Source: an uncultured Burkholderiales bacterium (lineage in GTDB: Bacteria; Actinomycetota; Acidimicrobiia; IMCC26256; JAGPDB01). From it: a DNA stretch of 64,000 bases. Each line of letters opens with the position of its first letter. Position 1 is the first letter of the stretch. The notes under the pieces were generated by a model, which made no database searches, was not told where the DNA came from, and worked only from the letters and a program-made list of their open reading frames with translations. The stretch spans positions 99-64,098 of the forward strand of contig CAZLQP010000002.1 in the NCBI GenBank assembly GCA_964561855.1. The letters are read 5' to 3'. The translations under genes and the position numbers were made by a program. Of this stretch, positions 27,064-36,211 are shown piece after piece.

Positions 27064-30015
27064 CTATCTACTGTTAAGCTCATTGACAAGTGCGACCATT
27101 TCCTCCGCAGCTCGTTGCATAGCCCCTAAATCTACGTTGCGCTTAGCTTCTTCGTATCTTTGAGCTGCCTGGTTCAAGCGCTGAACCAGCTCTTGCTCGG
27201 CTACTCCATCCAATCCTGTTGAAGGCGTTGTTGTTGTAGTGGTAGTAGCTGGAGTCTGGTCATCTGGGATAACAGGCTGATCGGGGTCTGGTGTCGAATC
27301 TGGAATCACACCTGTTGTAGGAAATACATTTTGTGTAAAAGGAACACAAAGTGATCTTTCCGCCAATAATGCATCTACAGCTTGATCAATTGTTGGTGCA
27401 CAAACAGTTCGACCGCTAACAGAGACTGTTACAAATGTCAGTACTGGTCTTGCGTCCTCAGATGAACCCTTAACATATACTGGCTGGACATAGACCACAG
27501 TGTTAGCTACCGGAATGATCTGCAGATTACCCAAAAGCACTTCAGCACCTTGTTGGTCTAACAAAGTTTTTTGCCTTGCAAATTCATTTTCAGCATCAAT
27601 CTGACTTTGCATCATTGTCGGCGACAATGCAGAGGTATCACCATCGATCTTGAAGTTTAAGACACGTTTTTTACCGTAGTTTTCACCATCAGAACTTACG
27701 GATAAGAATGAATCCATCCTAAATGTTGTACTAATAGGAACAAAACTTCTCGTCAACAAAAATTCCGGCTTTTCCATCTGCGAATGAGCAACATACTGAT
27801 ACAAGGTTGGCAGAGGTACTCCCGTCTGAGTTGTTCTCTCTGCCCTACCACCTTGCACAGGCGCTGGTACTAATGTGTTTGCTGAAATCGGCTGGTCGAA
27901 CATCGAAGGCGCAACTTGAAGTCTCGCAGAACCTTCTAGCAGCACTCGAGGATCAGTAACATGATAATCACCGTAGATAAATGTTTGTACATCGAAAATG
28001 TCTTCTGGATATCTATAGTGCTTGACTATTTCTTCTGGAGCTTCATCTCCAGCTTTGAACAAGTCAGGAAAAGCACTGTCATATGCTTTGATTATTGGAT
28101 CCTTATCATCAACGATATATAGGTTTACTTCTCCAGTTCGTGCGCTGACTGTAGCTTTAACTGAATTCCGAACATAATTAAGATTCTTCCTCAAAGAGTT
28201 GCCTGCGGATAATCTCTGAGTATCCAAATATTGAGAATATGGATATTGATCAGATGATGTATAAGCATCTACAACCCATATGACTTCACCGTTAGTTACA
28301 ACTGGATAAGGATTAGAGTCAACGTCCAAAAATGGAGCTAATTTTTTAACTCTTTCCCTTGGATCTCTGACATAAAGGATCTGTGAATCATCCTTGATCA
28401 CATTTGTGATCAAAATGTTATAATCCCAAAACCTCAATGAAAACGCTGCTTGTTTGAAGAAATCTCCAACACCAACTCCATTAAGCTCATCAACATCCAA
28501 AGGTTCCTCTAATGGAGTATTTTCTTCTTGTGCAGATCCTACGAAAACATATTCTTCTAAACCTTCACCGAAATAATTTCGAGCCTTATTAGTATTCAAC
28601 CTCAATGACTCTAAAGCATTTTCTCGCCCTTCAGTTGGGAGCTCCGAAACCAAATAGTCTGGCTCGTTACCAGTTATTACTTGCGATGCAGAAGCAATAG
28701 CTGCGCCAAAACCATGTGTGTAAACTGCATGTCGGCTAGGCCAAGATCTGTCAGGTAATTGGCTTGGAGGTACCACTTCTCTTGCTGCAACAAAGACTGG
28801 TAGCGTCCTATCTCCAACTTGGTATCTGTCTCTATCTGCTGTTGTAAAAGCAAATGTCTGCTCACCTCGTTTTTGTTGAACCCAAGGCCCAAAAGATGCC
28901 TCGGTCCAAAGTAAAGGATCCTTTAAAGCAGCCTTGACTTCGTCAGCATTTTCTTCGGTTATTCCTTGCTCAAAATCGATCTCTTCATTTTCGACATCGT
29001 TTAATGCGTAAGCAGCTCGAGTCGCTTCAATATTCCTTTCAGCGTAAGGACGCTCTTTTGTATTACGCGAAGGATTTACTGAAAAGTTTTGAATAATTAA
29101 CGGATAGATTGTTGCAACTACTAACACGACAATCATCCAAAGCGCAATAGCAACAAGAGGTAAAACAATTCCTTTTCGATATACATTTACTAGAAACAAT
29201 ACTGATGCAATAATCGCTACGAAAATCAAAAATCTATTTGCAGGTAGGCGGGCCATTACATCTGTATATGCTGCGCCATCTACTGCTCCGCGCGTGGAAT
29301 GAACAAGTGCGAATCTTTCAAAATAATACTGCGCCGCTTTGGCTAGACCTGCAAGTGCGCAAAGCACCGACAGATGAATTTTTGCAGCCGTTGAGATATG
29401 TCGCCGTGTTTTTTCTAGCGCTATAGATCCATTTATATAGTGAGCAACAGCCGATACGATCAATAGCAAAACAAATGCGCCGAATATCCAACCTGAAAGC
29501 AATCTCAAAAATGGTAATTCGAATACGAAAAAGCCAATGTCTTTGTTAAACAATGGATCTCTTACACCAAACGTTTTGGCGTTGGTAAACAAGATCCATT
29601 CTTGATAAAAACCAAAAGTGGAAGATGCAAAAAACAACGAAATTAGAACTGTTGAAACTATATGAAACGGTCTCGGGCGCTTACGAAATGCCTGCGAAAC
29701 CGGGACCACCCACTCGTCAAAGTCTTTAAGGAAAGAATTCTTTTGGCCAGTTTTAATCGCAATTGCAATCATTGCATATATTGAAACCAACATAATTATC
29801 AAAACGATCAGTGGCACAAAAATTTGTGATGTAATTAGAGATGTAAAAGTGTCGCTTTGATTTAATGTTTTAAATAACAACCAATCGGTATAAAACGTAG
29901 CAATGCTTCTCAGACTTGAACCGATCAAAAACAAAACTACTAGTGCAACAAGTATGCCGATAGTTTTTTTAGAAGGTGGTTTGAATTCTGCTTGTTTAGG
30001 AGGAGCTTGAGTCAT
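27064..30015 (-). CDS. UPF0182-family large membrane protein
   Basis: 983 aa with about 7 N-terminal TM helices and then a large extracytoplasmic domain. The FYTDWLLF motif near the N-terminus is typical of actinobacterial UPF0182. A Thr-rich tract lies near the C-terminus. Confidence 0.85.
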   Translation of the reverse strand: MTQAPPKQAEFKPPSKKTIGILVALVVLFLIGSSLRSIATFYTDWLLFKTLNQSDTFTSLITSQIFVPLIVLIIMLVSIYAMIAIAIKTGQKNSFLKDFDEWVVPVSQAFRKRPRPFHIVSTVLISLFFASSTFGFYQEWILFTNAKTFGVRDPLFNKDIGFFVFELPFLRLLSGWIFGAFVLLLIVSAVAHYINGSIALEKTRRHISTAAKIHLSVLCALAGLAKAAQYYFERFALVHSTRGAVDGAAYTDVMARLPANRFLIFVAIIASVLFLVNVYRKGIVLPLVAIALWMIVVLVVATIYPLIIQNFSVNPSRNTKERPYAERNIEATRAAYALNDVENEEIDFEQGITEENADEVKAALKDPLLWTEASFGPWVQQKRGEQTFAFTTADRDRYQVGDRTLPVFVAAREVVPPSQLPDRSWPSRHAVYTHGFGAAIASASQVITGNEPDYLVSELPTEGRENALESLRLNTNKARNYFGEGLEEYVFVGSAQEENTPLEEPLDVDELNGVGVGDFFKQAAFSLRFWDYNILITNVIKDDSQILYVRDPRERVKKLAPFLDVDSNPYPVVTNGEVIWVVDAYTSSDQYPYSQYLDTQRLSAGNSLRKNLNYVRNSVKATVSARTGEVNLYIVDDKDPIIKAYDSAFPDLFKAGDEAPEEIVKHYRYPEDIFDVQTFIYGDYHVTDPRVLLEGSARLQVAPSMFDQPISANTLVPAPVQGGRAERTTQTGVPLPTLYQYVAHSQMEKPEFLLTRSFVPISTTFRMDSFLSVSSDGENYGKKRVLNFKIDGDTSALSPTMMQSQIDAENEFARQKTLLDQQGAEVLLGNLQIIPVANTVVYVQPVYVKGSSEDARPVLTFVTVSVSGRTVCAPTIDQAVDALLAERSLCVPFTQNVFPTTGVIPDSTPDPDQPVIPDDQTPATTTTTTTPSTGLDGVAEQELVQRLNQAAQRYEEAKRNVDLGAMQRAAEEMVALVNELNSR

Positions 30016-30025
30016 GCCTACTATG

Positions 30026-31924
30026 TTAGGCGACTACCAATACACATTTGCACCCGGAATGAGCCGGAGGTGCAATTTGCCCAGTAGGGAAATTCTCACC
30101 TAGAGATGTAGGCTCCAACGCATTGTCATCGCAATCAGGACATCTTCCTTGCTTTTCAACTTCCCACTTCAAAGTTGCATCTTTATCAGCACTAGCAATT
30201 ACACCATTGTTATAAGCACTAGACATTGCATCATACAGAGAGGTCTTTAATTCAGTATTTCGCCACTCCCGATATTTTGCACCAACTCTAGCGCTTGCTT
30301 CGGCTTGATCGCCTTCTTCAATAGCAAGTTTTAGGCTCTCTCTAAGTGGTGTAATGATCCAACTAATTGCCTCATGAAGCGCTTCTTGAGAATACTTAGG
30401 CTTCTTATTGGATACGCTCTTTGCACCAGAAGTAAATATTTCATTCAAGTCGTCATGTAACGCCTCTTGCCAGATTTTTATCTGTGTATTTTCATCTGGA
30501 AGAACTGCTTGAGCTTCGATCTTTTTTGTCTTAACTGTTCGCAAATTATCTAGCAACTCATTTTGTTCATCTTGAAGTTGTTTTTTTGCCAACTTTAAGA
30601 TCGCTGGAGTAATTTCCTCAAATAACTCATTTCGTTTTTCAATTGCAGTCGCTTTTTTCTTTTTAGCCTTTTTTGGTTTTTCATCTATCTTGGCAGCAGC
30701 ATCTTGAATCTCTTCGTTGTTTTTATTATCTTCTTTATCAACCGATTTTGGTTCTTTTTGTTCTTTTAATGTTTTAAACAACTCGCCAACATCTTTTTTA
30801 GCCTCTAGTGGTTTTTGTTGTTCCGTATCATTTTTTTGTTCTTCTTTTTCTGCTGGAGTCTCCACTATTTTTATCGCGATAGAATCTTCAGATATATCGT
30901 TCTTTACTTCATCTGGATTGATTACTTGTGGCTTCGGTTCATCACTTACACCTAAAGCATCTTTCATATATCCTTTAATGCCTCGCTTTTTGTCTGCAAC
31001 ACCTACTGATGAAACTTGAGCCGCGTTTTGCTGTGCCCCAACGCTCGCCATTACTTTTTCATCATTAGGTATCTCGTTAGCTTGAACAGCATTCTCAGCT
31101 TCATTCAAATCTAGATTGTCGTCAGTAAGATCAATCTCTTGAGACGGTAGCTTATGATCTTTTTCTAATGTCTGTGGGAGCTCCACAGGGCTTTTTAGAA
31201 GTTCATCTACATCTATTTGTTGGGTCATAAGTTCAGTAGATGCTTTTTCTTCGACTGCATGTAAAGAATCTGTAGCTTTTTGGAAACTTCCTTTAACGAT
31301 CTTGTAAGATTCGAGAAGCTCCTCACGACCTTTTCGAAGTTCATCGATTTGTTCTAACAAAAGATCTCTTCGACGAAGCAAGTCTTTAAGAATCTTTTCT
31401 CTAACAATGACTGCATCTTGAAAAATTTCTCGACCTAAGGTTCTTGCTTCATCAATTAACGTTTCAACATCGCGTTCAGCACTTTGATGCAATGAACGAA
31501 TCCGTGCATGGACGTTCTCCATTTTCTCATCAGAATCCTGTTGCGCCGTTGTCAATATAAGATCAGATTTTTCTTGCGCATCTTTGAGCATCTTTTCTGA
31601 AGCTTCTTTTGCTTCAGTAATCATTTTCTCCGCTGCTTCTTCAGCATTAGTTAGAACTCTCGCGGTTTCTTCACCGAGACTTTCAAGCAGTTCGTGTTTC
31701 GTCACTTTTGGGCGATTTTCGAGGCTATGTTCGAGCTGTCGGATTTGTTCTAAAAGTTGCTCTTCTCTTGTTTCTAGTTTTTCGAAATCTTCAGCAATTC
31801 TCCGCAAAAATGATCTCACCTCAGATTCAGAAATCCCTCGAACCTTCGTTGGAAATGCTCGCTGTAAAATTTCATCAGACGAAATTCGTGTCGACTTTGT
31901 TCCGATAATATCCGCTTCAGACAC
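30026..31924 (-). CDS. DivIVA-domain protein with long acidic coiled-coil/disordered centre and Mu-F-like C-terminal Cys/His module
   Basis: The N-terminus F..KVRGISESEVRSFLRRIAEDFEKL matches the DivIVA domain pattern. The C-terminus GRCPDCDDN...PPAHSGCKCVLV matches the CxxC...PPxHxxCxC end of the phage Mu F / SPP1 gp7 family. Confidence 0.75.
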   Translation of the reverse strand: MSEADIIGTKSTRISSDEILQRAFPTKVRGISESEVRSFLRRIAEDFEKLETREEQLLEQIRQLEHSLENRPKVTKHELLESLGEETARVLTNAEEAAEKMITEAKEASEKMLKDAQEKSDLILTTAQQDSDEKMENVHARIRSLHQSAERDVETLIDEARTLGREIFQDAVIVREKILKDLLRRRDLLLEQIDELRKGREELLESYKIVKGSFQKATDSLHAVEEKASTELMTQQIDVDELLKSPVELPQTLEKDHKLPSQEIDLTDDNLDLNEAENAVQANEIPNDEKVMASVGAQQNAAQVSSVGVADKKRGIKGYMKDALGVSDEPKPQVINPDEVKNDISEDSIAIKIVETPAEKEEQKNDTEQQKPLEAKKDVGELFKTLKEQKEPKSVDKEDNKNNEEIQDAAAKIDEKPKKAKKKKATAIEKRNELFEEITPAILKLAKKQLQDEQNELLDNLRTVKTKKIEAQAVLPDENTQIKIWQEALHDDLNEIFTSGAKSVSNKKPKYSQEALHEAISWIITPLRESLKLAIEEGDQAEASARVGAKYREWRNTELKTSLYDAMSSAYNNGVIASADKDATLKWEVEKQGRCPDCDDNALEPTSLGENFPTGQIAPPAHSGCKCVLVVA

Positions 31925-31963
31925 GTGATGCCTCCTTGGTACAAACTAGTTCAAACTAGTCTA

Positions 31964-33058
31964 CTAGGAACTAGGGCATGTCTGCATCTGCGACAGTGGA
32001 TCCCCACCATTTTCAGCTAAGACTTTGAGTGCTTCATCAATTGTTGACACTTCATAGACCGGCATATTTCCTGCAGTTTGCCGAGCAATTGGACCTTCTC
32101 CCGATGGCACTAGCATTAAATCGGCACCAGCTTCTCTAGCAGCAATTGCCTTTTGTTTTACTCCACCTACTCGATTAACAGAGCCATCTAAACCTATCTC
32201 GCCAGTAGCCGCAACTTTATTTGAACCCCCTAGATCTCCTGGGGTTAGTTCATCGATAATCTGCATAGTAAATGCAAGTCCTGCTGAAGGACCTGATACT
32301 GCACCTGCATCAAATTTGATATCAACAGGATACTTAAATTTTAAATCTCGAGTTGCAAGATACACTCCCAAAAAACCATTTGATTTTTCTTCGTCCGGAT
32401 GCACATCAAGTGTAACTTTCGTCGTAACTATTTTTTCATCAGGACTAGTTTCGAACTCAACTTCAATTTCTTCTCCTGGATCAAATTTTTCAATCTCTGT
32501 GACTGCGTCTACATCAAGTGTTACCGTTTGCCCATTTATTTTTTTGATCGTATCTCCAACTTTTAATTGCGATTTTTCTGCTGGCGAATCCGGTTCAATT
32601 GCACGAATGATCGCACCAGTTCCAGTTCTAGGAACTTCACAACCGAGTTTTTCTAATGCAACAGAAGATGCAGCACCTTGAGATGAAAGCATTAGAGCAC
32701 GATTCAAATCTGCGCTTACTTCAGGACTTAAATCACCATTAATATCTTGCCAGTCAAATATCTCATTGTCTTTTTCAATAAATCTGGCATTGAGATAAGC
32801 AATCAAGGTTGGTCGATTGGCAGAAACTAAAACTGTAAGGAATCTAATCTCACTTTTAGAATCATAAGTCTGGACACCGTTTATTGAAATCGATTCTGAG
32901 GTTGGCACGGCAGATCCCGGTTCCAGTATTACTTTATCTACACGGATTGTAACTAAGGCAAATAATGAGGAGATAAAAACAAGGATAAAGATCCCTAAAA
33001 AGACTCTATATTTCGGAAACTTTTTTGAAGGTTCTACAATGACAGGATTATTGTACAT
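31964..33058 (-). CDS. PDZ-domain / Lon-type (S16) serine protease-like membrane protein (YlbL-like)
   Basis: 364 aa with an N-terminal TM helix, a central PDZ region and a Lon C-terminal motif SGPSAGLAFT with a downstream Lys. Confidence 0.8.
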   Translation of the reverse strand: MYNNPVIVEPSKKFPKYRVFLGIFILVFISSLFALVTIRVDKVILEPGSAVPTSESISINGVQTYDSKSEIRFLTVLVSANRPTLIAYLNARFIEKDNEIFDWQDINGDLSPEVSADLNRALMLSSQGAASSVALEKLGCEVPRTGTGAIIRAIEPDSPAEKSQLKVGDTIKKINGQTVTLDVDAVTEIEKFDPGEEIEVEFETSPDEKIVTTKVTLDVHPDEEKSNGFLGVYLATRDLKFKYPVDIKFDAGAVSGPSAGLAFTMQIIDELTPGDLGGSNKVAATGEIGLDGSVNRVGGVKQKAIAAREAGADLMLVPSGEGPIARQTAGNMPVYEVSTIDEALKVLAENGGDPLSQMQTCPSS

Positions 33059-33063
33059 ATTGA

Positions 33064-33711
33064 TTATACGTTAGCGTCTATTTCAAAGGGTTTATCGACA
33101 AGTTCTCCATAAATCACATACCTTTGCGCAGCTGATCCAGGAGGATGACAAGCAAACAAGGTTATTGTAAAACCAGGTTTCTGGTCGACTATCCATATAT
33201 CTTCAGGATAAACGATGTCACGTCCTGTTACTTTATACACGTGTGATCCCGTGTCAGTATTTACGATGATTTCATCGCCATCTTTTAGTTGATCCATATT
33301 TCTAAAAGGTCGAGTATGTGTAACTCGATGACCTGCAATAACTGTATTACCGTACTCTCCAGGTAATGCAGTTCCAGGCCAATGTGATGGTCCTACATTT
33401 AATACTGTTAGTGAAACACCGGTGTATAGTTCGTGATTTAGACCAATCGCTGGAATTTCTATTGATCCGATTCCAACAATTGGAACATCTTCATATGGAT
33501 CTTCAGGAGGATTTTCTGGTTGAGGCAGTTCTGGCAAAGTAGAAGGAGTCGATGAAGTAGTGCTTGGTGATGTTACATTTGCTATAGGATTTTCGACTTG
33601 AGCTTGCGCGTTATTTGTTGAATAAAAAAACACTGCCGCACTTAATGCAACCACAGCGGTAATTGAAACAACAATGATTGATTTTTTCGACCTCAAGTTT
33701 AATTTCATCAT
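33064..33711 (-). CDS. Class E sortase
   Basis: 215 aa with an N-terminal TM anchor, a Ser/Thr/Pro linker, the catalytic His (IAGHR), the Cys motif TLFACHP and a downstream Arg. Confidence 0.8.
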   Translation of the reverse strand: MMKLNLRSKKSIIVVSITAVVALSAAVFFYSTNNAQAQVENPIANVTSPSTTSSTPSTLPELPQPENPPEDPYEDVPIVGIGSIEIPAIGLNHELYTGVSLTVLNVGPSHWPGTALPGEYGNTVIAGHRVTHTRPFRNMDQLKDGDEIIVNTDTGSHVYKVTGRDIVYPEDIWIVDQKPGFTITLFACHPPGSAAQRYVIYGELVDKPFEIDANV

Positions 33712-33754
33712 GGTCCTAATAGTGTCGACAACAAATCTACTTTAGTTTAACGAA

Positions 33755-34768
33755 TTAAGAATGAACAGAAGGCTTACCCATAAACATGTCTTTAAGCGAA
33801 TCAAAAGCTTCTAAACACCTGCCTGCACCCAACACTACAGACTCCAACGGCTGTTCGACTATATGAACAGGTAGATTAGTTTCATTAGAAATTCTTTGAT
33901 CCAATCCGCGCAATAATCCACCACCACCAACCAAGTGAATTCCCCTAATGATCAAATCTTGTGCAAGTTCTGGAGGAGTTTGAGATAAAGCAGTAACAAC
34001 TGCATCACAGATTTCTTTGACTTGTTCTTCTATGGCCTCGCGTATCTCTTCAGGTGTCAAAATGACGGTCCTAGGCAGACCCGACATTAAATCTCGGCCT
34101 CTAACTTCAGCATTGCATTCATCCGGTGTTGGATAAGCCGACCCAATTGCCAATTTAATCTCTTCTGCGGTGCGCTCTCCGATTGCAACACCATGCACTT
34201 TTCGCACATGAGTTTGAATCGCTGCATCTATATCGAAACTTCCAACTCGTCGAGCTTCAAGAGCAACAATTCCTCCAAGTGAAATTACTGCAACCTCTGA
34301 AGTTCCTCCACCAACGTCTATAACCATATTCCCGATTGGCTCGTGAATATCAAGTCCAGCTCCGATCGCTGCAGCCATTGGCTGTTCAATCAAGTACGTT
34401 GCAGCAGCTCCAGCTCGTCGCGCAGCTTCTAACACTGCTCGCTGTTCAACATGAGTAATAGCGGAAGGAACACAAATCAAAACTCTTGAGCGATTCATCC
34501 TTGATACACCAACACGTTGAAACAAAAGTCGAATCATTCTTTGCGTAACTTCAAAATCAGTAATTGCTCCACCGCGCAATGGACGAGCAGCAACAATATA
34601 GCTTGGAGTCCTACCTATCATTTGCCAAGCTTCATGGCCCATTGCAAGAACATCTTTATTTTGTTGGTTCAAAGCAATAACTGTAGGCTCGTTTAATACT
34701 ATGCCCTTGCCGCGGGCATACACAAGAGTGTTTGCTGTACCTAAATCGATTGCGAGATCACGTGCCAT
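33755..34768 (-). CDS. mreB: Rod-shape determining actin homolog MreB
   Basis: 337 aa with DLGTANTLVY, DVGGGTSEVAVISLGG and LVGGGGLLRGLD. Confidence 0.9.
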   Translation of the reverse strand: MARDLAIDLGTANTLVYARGKGIVLNEPTVIALNQQNKDVLAMGHEAWQMIGRTPSYIVAARPLRGGAITDFEVTQRMIRLLFQRVGVSRMNRSRVLICVPSAITHVEQRAVLEAARRAGAAATYLIEQPMAAAIGAGLDIHEPIGNMVIDVGGGTSEVAVISLGGIVALEARRVGSFDIDAAIQTHVRKVHGVAIGERTAEEIKLAIGSAYPTPDECNAEVRGRDLMSGLPRTVILTPEEIREAIEEQVKEICDAVVTALSQTPPELAQDLIIRGIHLVGGGGLLRGLDQRISNETNLPVHIVEQPLESVVLGAGRCLEAFDSLKDMFMGKPSVHS

Positions 34769-34788
34769 ATCGTCCCTGACATCTTCCT

Positions 34789-34956
34789 CTATGAACGACG
34801 TCTACGTCTAGTTGGCGCCAAAACTTCTCTTTTTTGGCTGAATGAATCAATGCTCGAATTCATAGACTTCGGCGTTCGATGACGGAAATGAATAATTATA
34901 TAGCCAATCACGCAAACAACAAATGCTATTAATAAGAACCACATATTTAGATACAT
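34789..34956 (-). CDS. Possible small membrane protein (55 aa) upstream of mreB
   Basis: Unlisted ORF MYLNMWFLLIAFVVCVIGYIIIHFRHRTPKSMNSSIDSFSQKREVLAPTRRRRRS. It has one TM helix plus a basic tail and ends 20 nt before the mreB ATG. I have no homology evidence. Confidence 0.3.
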   Translation of the reverse strand: MYLNMWFLLIAFVVCVIGYIIIHFRHRTPKSMNSSIDSFSQKREVLAPTRRRRRS

Positions 34957-34990
34957 GCTACTAGCGTCAAGGCCTTTACTTCCACCCGGT

Positions 34991-35082
34991 CGAGAAAGGG
35001 TCCGTCCTTTTCCTAGTAAAGGTCCGTCCTTTTTCGATTGAGGGTCCGACCTTTTCCAAAGAAAAGGTCGGACCCTTTCTCG
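34991..35082. repeat. Composite family-3 repeat cluster (GGTCCGTCC / GGTCCGACC units)
   Basis: Direct units AAAGGGTCCGTCCTTTT and AAAGGTCCGTCCTTTTT. An inner perfect hairpin AGGGTCCGACCTTTTC-CAAA-GAAAAGGTCGGACCCT lies at 35041-35076. The outer arms are CGAGAAAGGGTCCG and CGGACCCTTTCTCG. Confidence 0.85.
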
Positions 35083-35109
35083 AAGCCTTCTTCTTCGGGG
35101 ACCAAATTC

Positions 35110-35137
35110 TTGAAACTATGACAGAATCTGAGACAAT
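35110..35137 (+). promoter_or_regulatory. Candidate promoter TTGAAA-16-GACAAT, 6 nt before the ATG (leaderless geometry)
   Basis: Read by eye only. The -10 is weak and the call is tentative. Confidence 0.3.
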
Positions 35138-35143
35138 ATAGGT

Positions 35144-36193
35144 ATGGACATTACAGAACGTCAAAAACAATTGTTAAATGAAGTGCAATGGTCTTTTCCA
35201 ATGGTTGCACAACCGTACAAAGCCTTAGCTGAAAAACTAGAAATCTCAGAAGAAGATGTCATTGAAGATCTTCGAACAGTAAAAGAATTGGGAATCTTGA
35301 GACAGTTAAGCGCAATATTTGACACCAGACACCTTGGTTACACTTCTGCACTCGTAGCAGCAAAAGTAGACGACGACAAGATCGATGAAGCAGCAAACAT
35401 GATTAACGCTCATCCAGGTGTAAGCCACAACTACAAGCGTAACCATGACTACAACCTTTGGTACACAGTTGCTGTACCACCTGGACAATCTTTAGATGCC
35501 CACATTGATTTACTCCACGAATTGAGCGGTTCGAATATCACTAGAAAATTACCAACACTTAAGCTCTACAAAATAGGTGTGAAATTAGACATGACAGGTA
35601 AATCAAAGCCTGGAGACAAATCTGAAGTTTTACCTCACGAAAAACCATATCGAGCAGCAGTGATGGACGTTCCTGAATTTAGCGAACAAGAACTCGCGAT
35701 AATTAGAGAAGCGCAAGAGGATCTACCTTTAGTCGCGAATCCCTTTGCTGCAATTGCGATTGAGGCACAGTGTTCTGAAATTGATGTTTTACAGACTTTA
35801 GAGAGATTCAAAGAAAAGTCTTACATGCGTCGATTTGCAGCTGTAATGAATCATCGACACGCTGGATATAAAGCTAATGCTATGGGAGTTTGGGCTGTTG
35901 ACGAAGATAAGTGCGAAGAAATTGGACCAATAATGGCAGGGTTTTCAGCAGTAAGCCATTGCTACAAACGACCTACCTACGAAGATTGGCCGTATTCAAT
36001 TTTCACGATGGTTCATGCACACAATGCAAGCGATATTGAAGAAACTATTTCAGCTATTGCGAATGAAACTGGAATCGATCAATACACATTGCTTTGGTCA
36101 ATTAAAGAATACAAAAAAGTAAGAGTTCGCTATTTCACACCAGAGTGGGATGCATACATTGCAAAATATTCTGATTCATTAGTCGCTAGTTAA
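35144..36193 (+). CDS. Fused double AsnC/Lrp-like protein of the siroheme decarboxylase (AhbA/AhbB, NirD/L) type
   Basis: 349 aa made of two tandem halves. Each half has an N-terminal wHTH plus a ligand-domain motif ..HPGVSHNYKRNHDYNLWYT.. / ..FSAVSHCYKRP.. Confidence 0.65.
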   Translation: MDITERQKQLLNEVQWSFPMVAQPYKALAEKLEISEEDVIEDLRTVKELGILRQLSAIFDTRHLGYTSALVAAKVDDDKIDEAANMINAHPGVSHNYKRNHDYNLWYTVAVPPGQSLDAHIDLLHELSGSNITRKLPTLKLYKIGVKLDMTGKSKPGDKSEVLPHEKPYRAAVMDVPEFSEQELAIIREAQEDLPLVANPFAAIAIEAQCSEIDVLQTLERFKEKSYMRRFAAVMNHRHAGYKANAMGVWAVDEDKCEEIGPIMAGFSAVSHCYKRPTYEDWPYSIFTMVHAHNASDIEETISAIANETGIDQYTLLWSIKEYKKVRVRYFTPEWDAYIAKYSDSLVAS

Positions 36194-36211
36194 TTAAAAG
36201 CTAAAACACTT

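Noticed and set aside
30026-31924. A Mu-F-like module as evidence for a prophage or a polymorphic toxin locus.
   Set aside because: There are no portal, terminase, capsid, integrase, immunity or toxin-domain genes nearby. The gene is embedded in a housekeeping envelope operon.
34976-35170. Listed ORF 34976..35170 (-), 64 aa.
   Set aside because: It is translated almost entirely from the family-3 repeats (..KGPTFSLEKVGPSIEKGRTF..). It runs antisense into the start of the next gene and has no coding signal.
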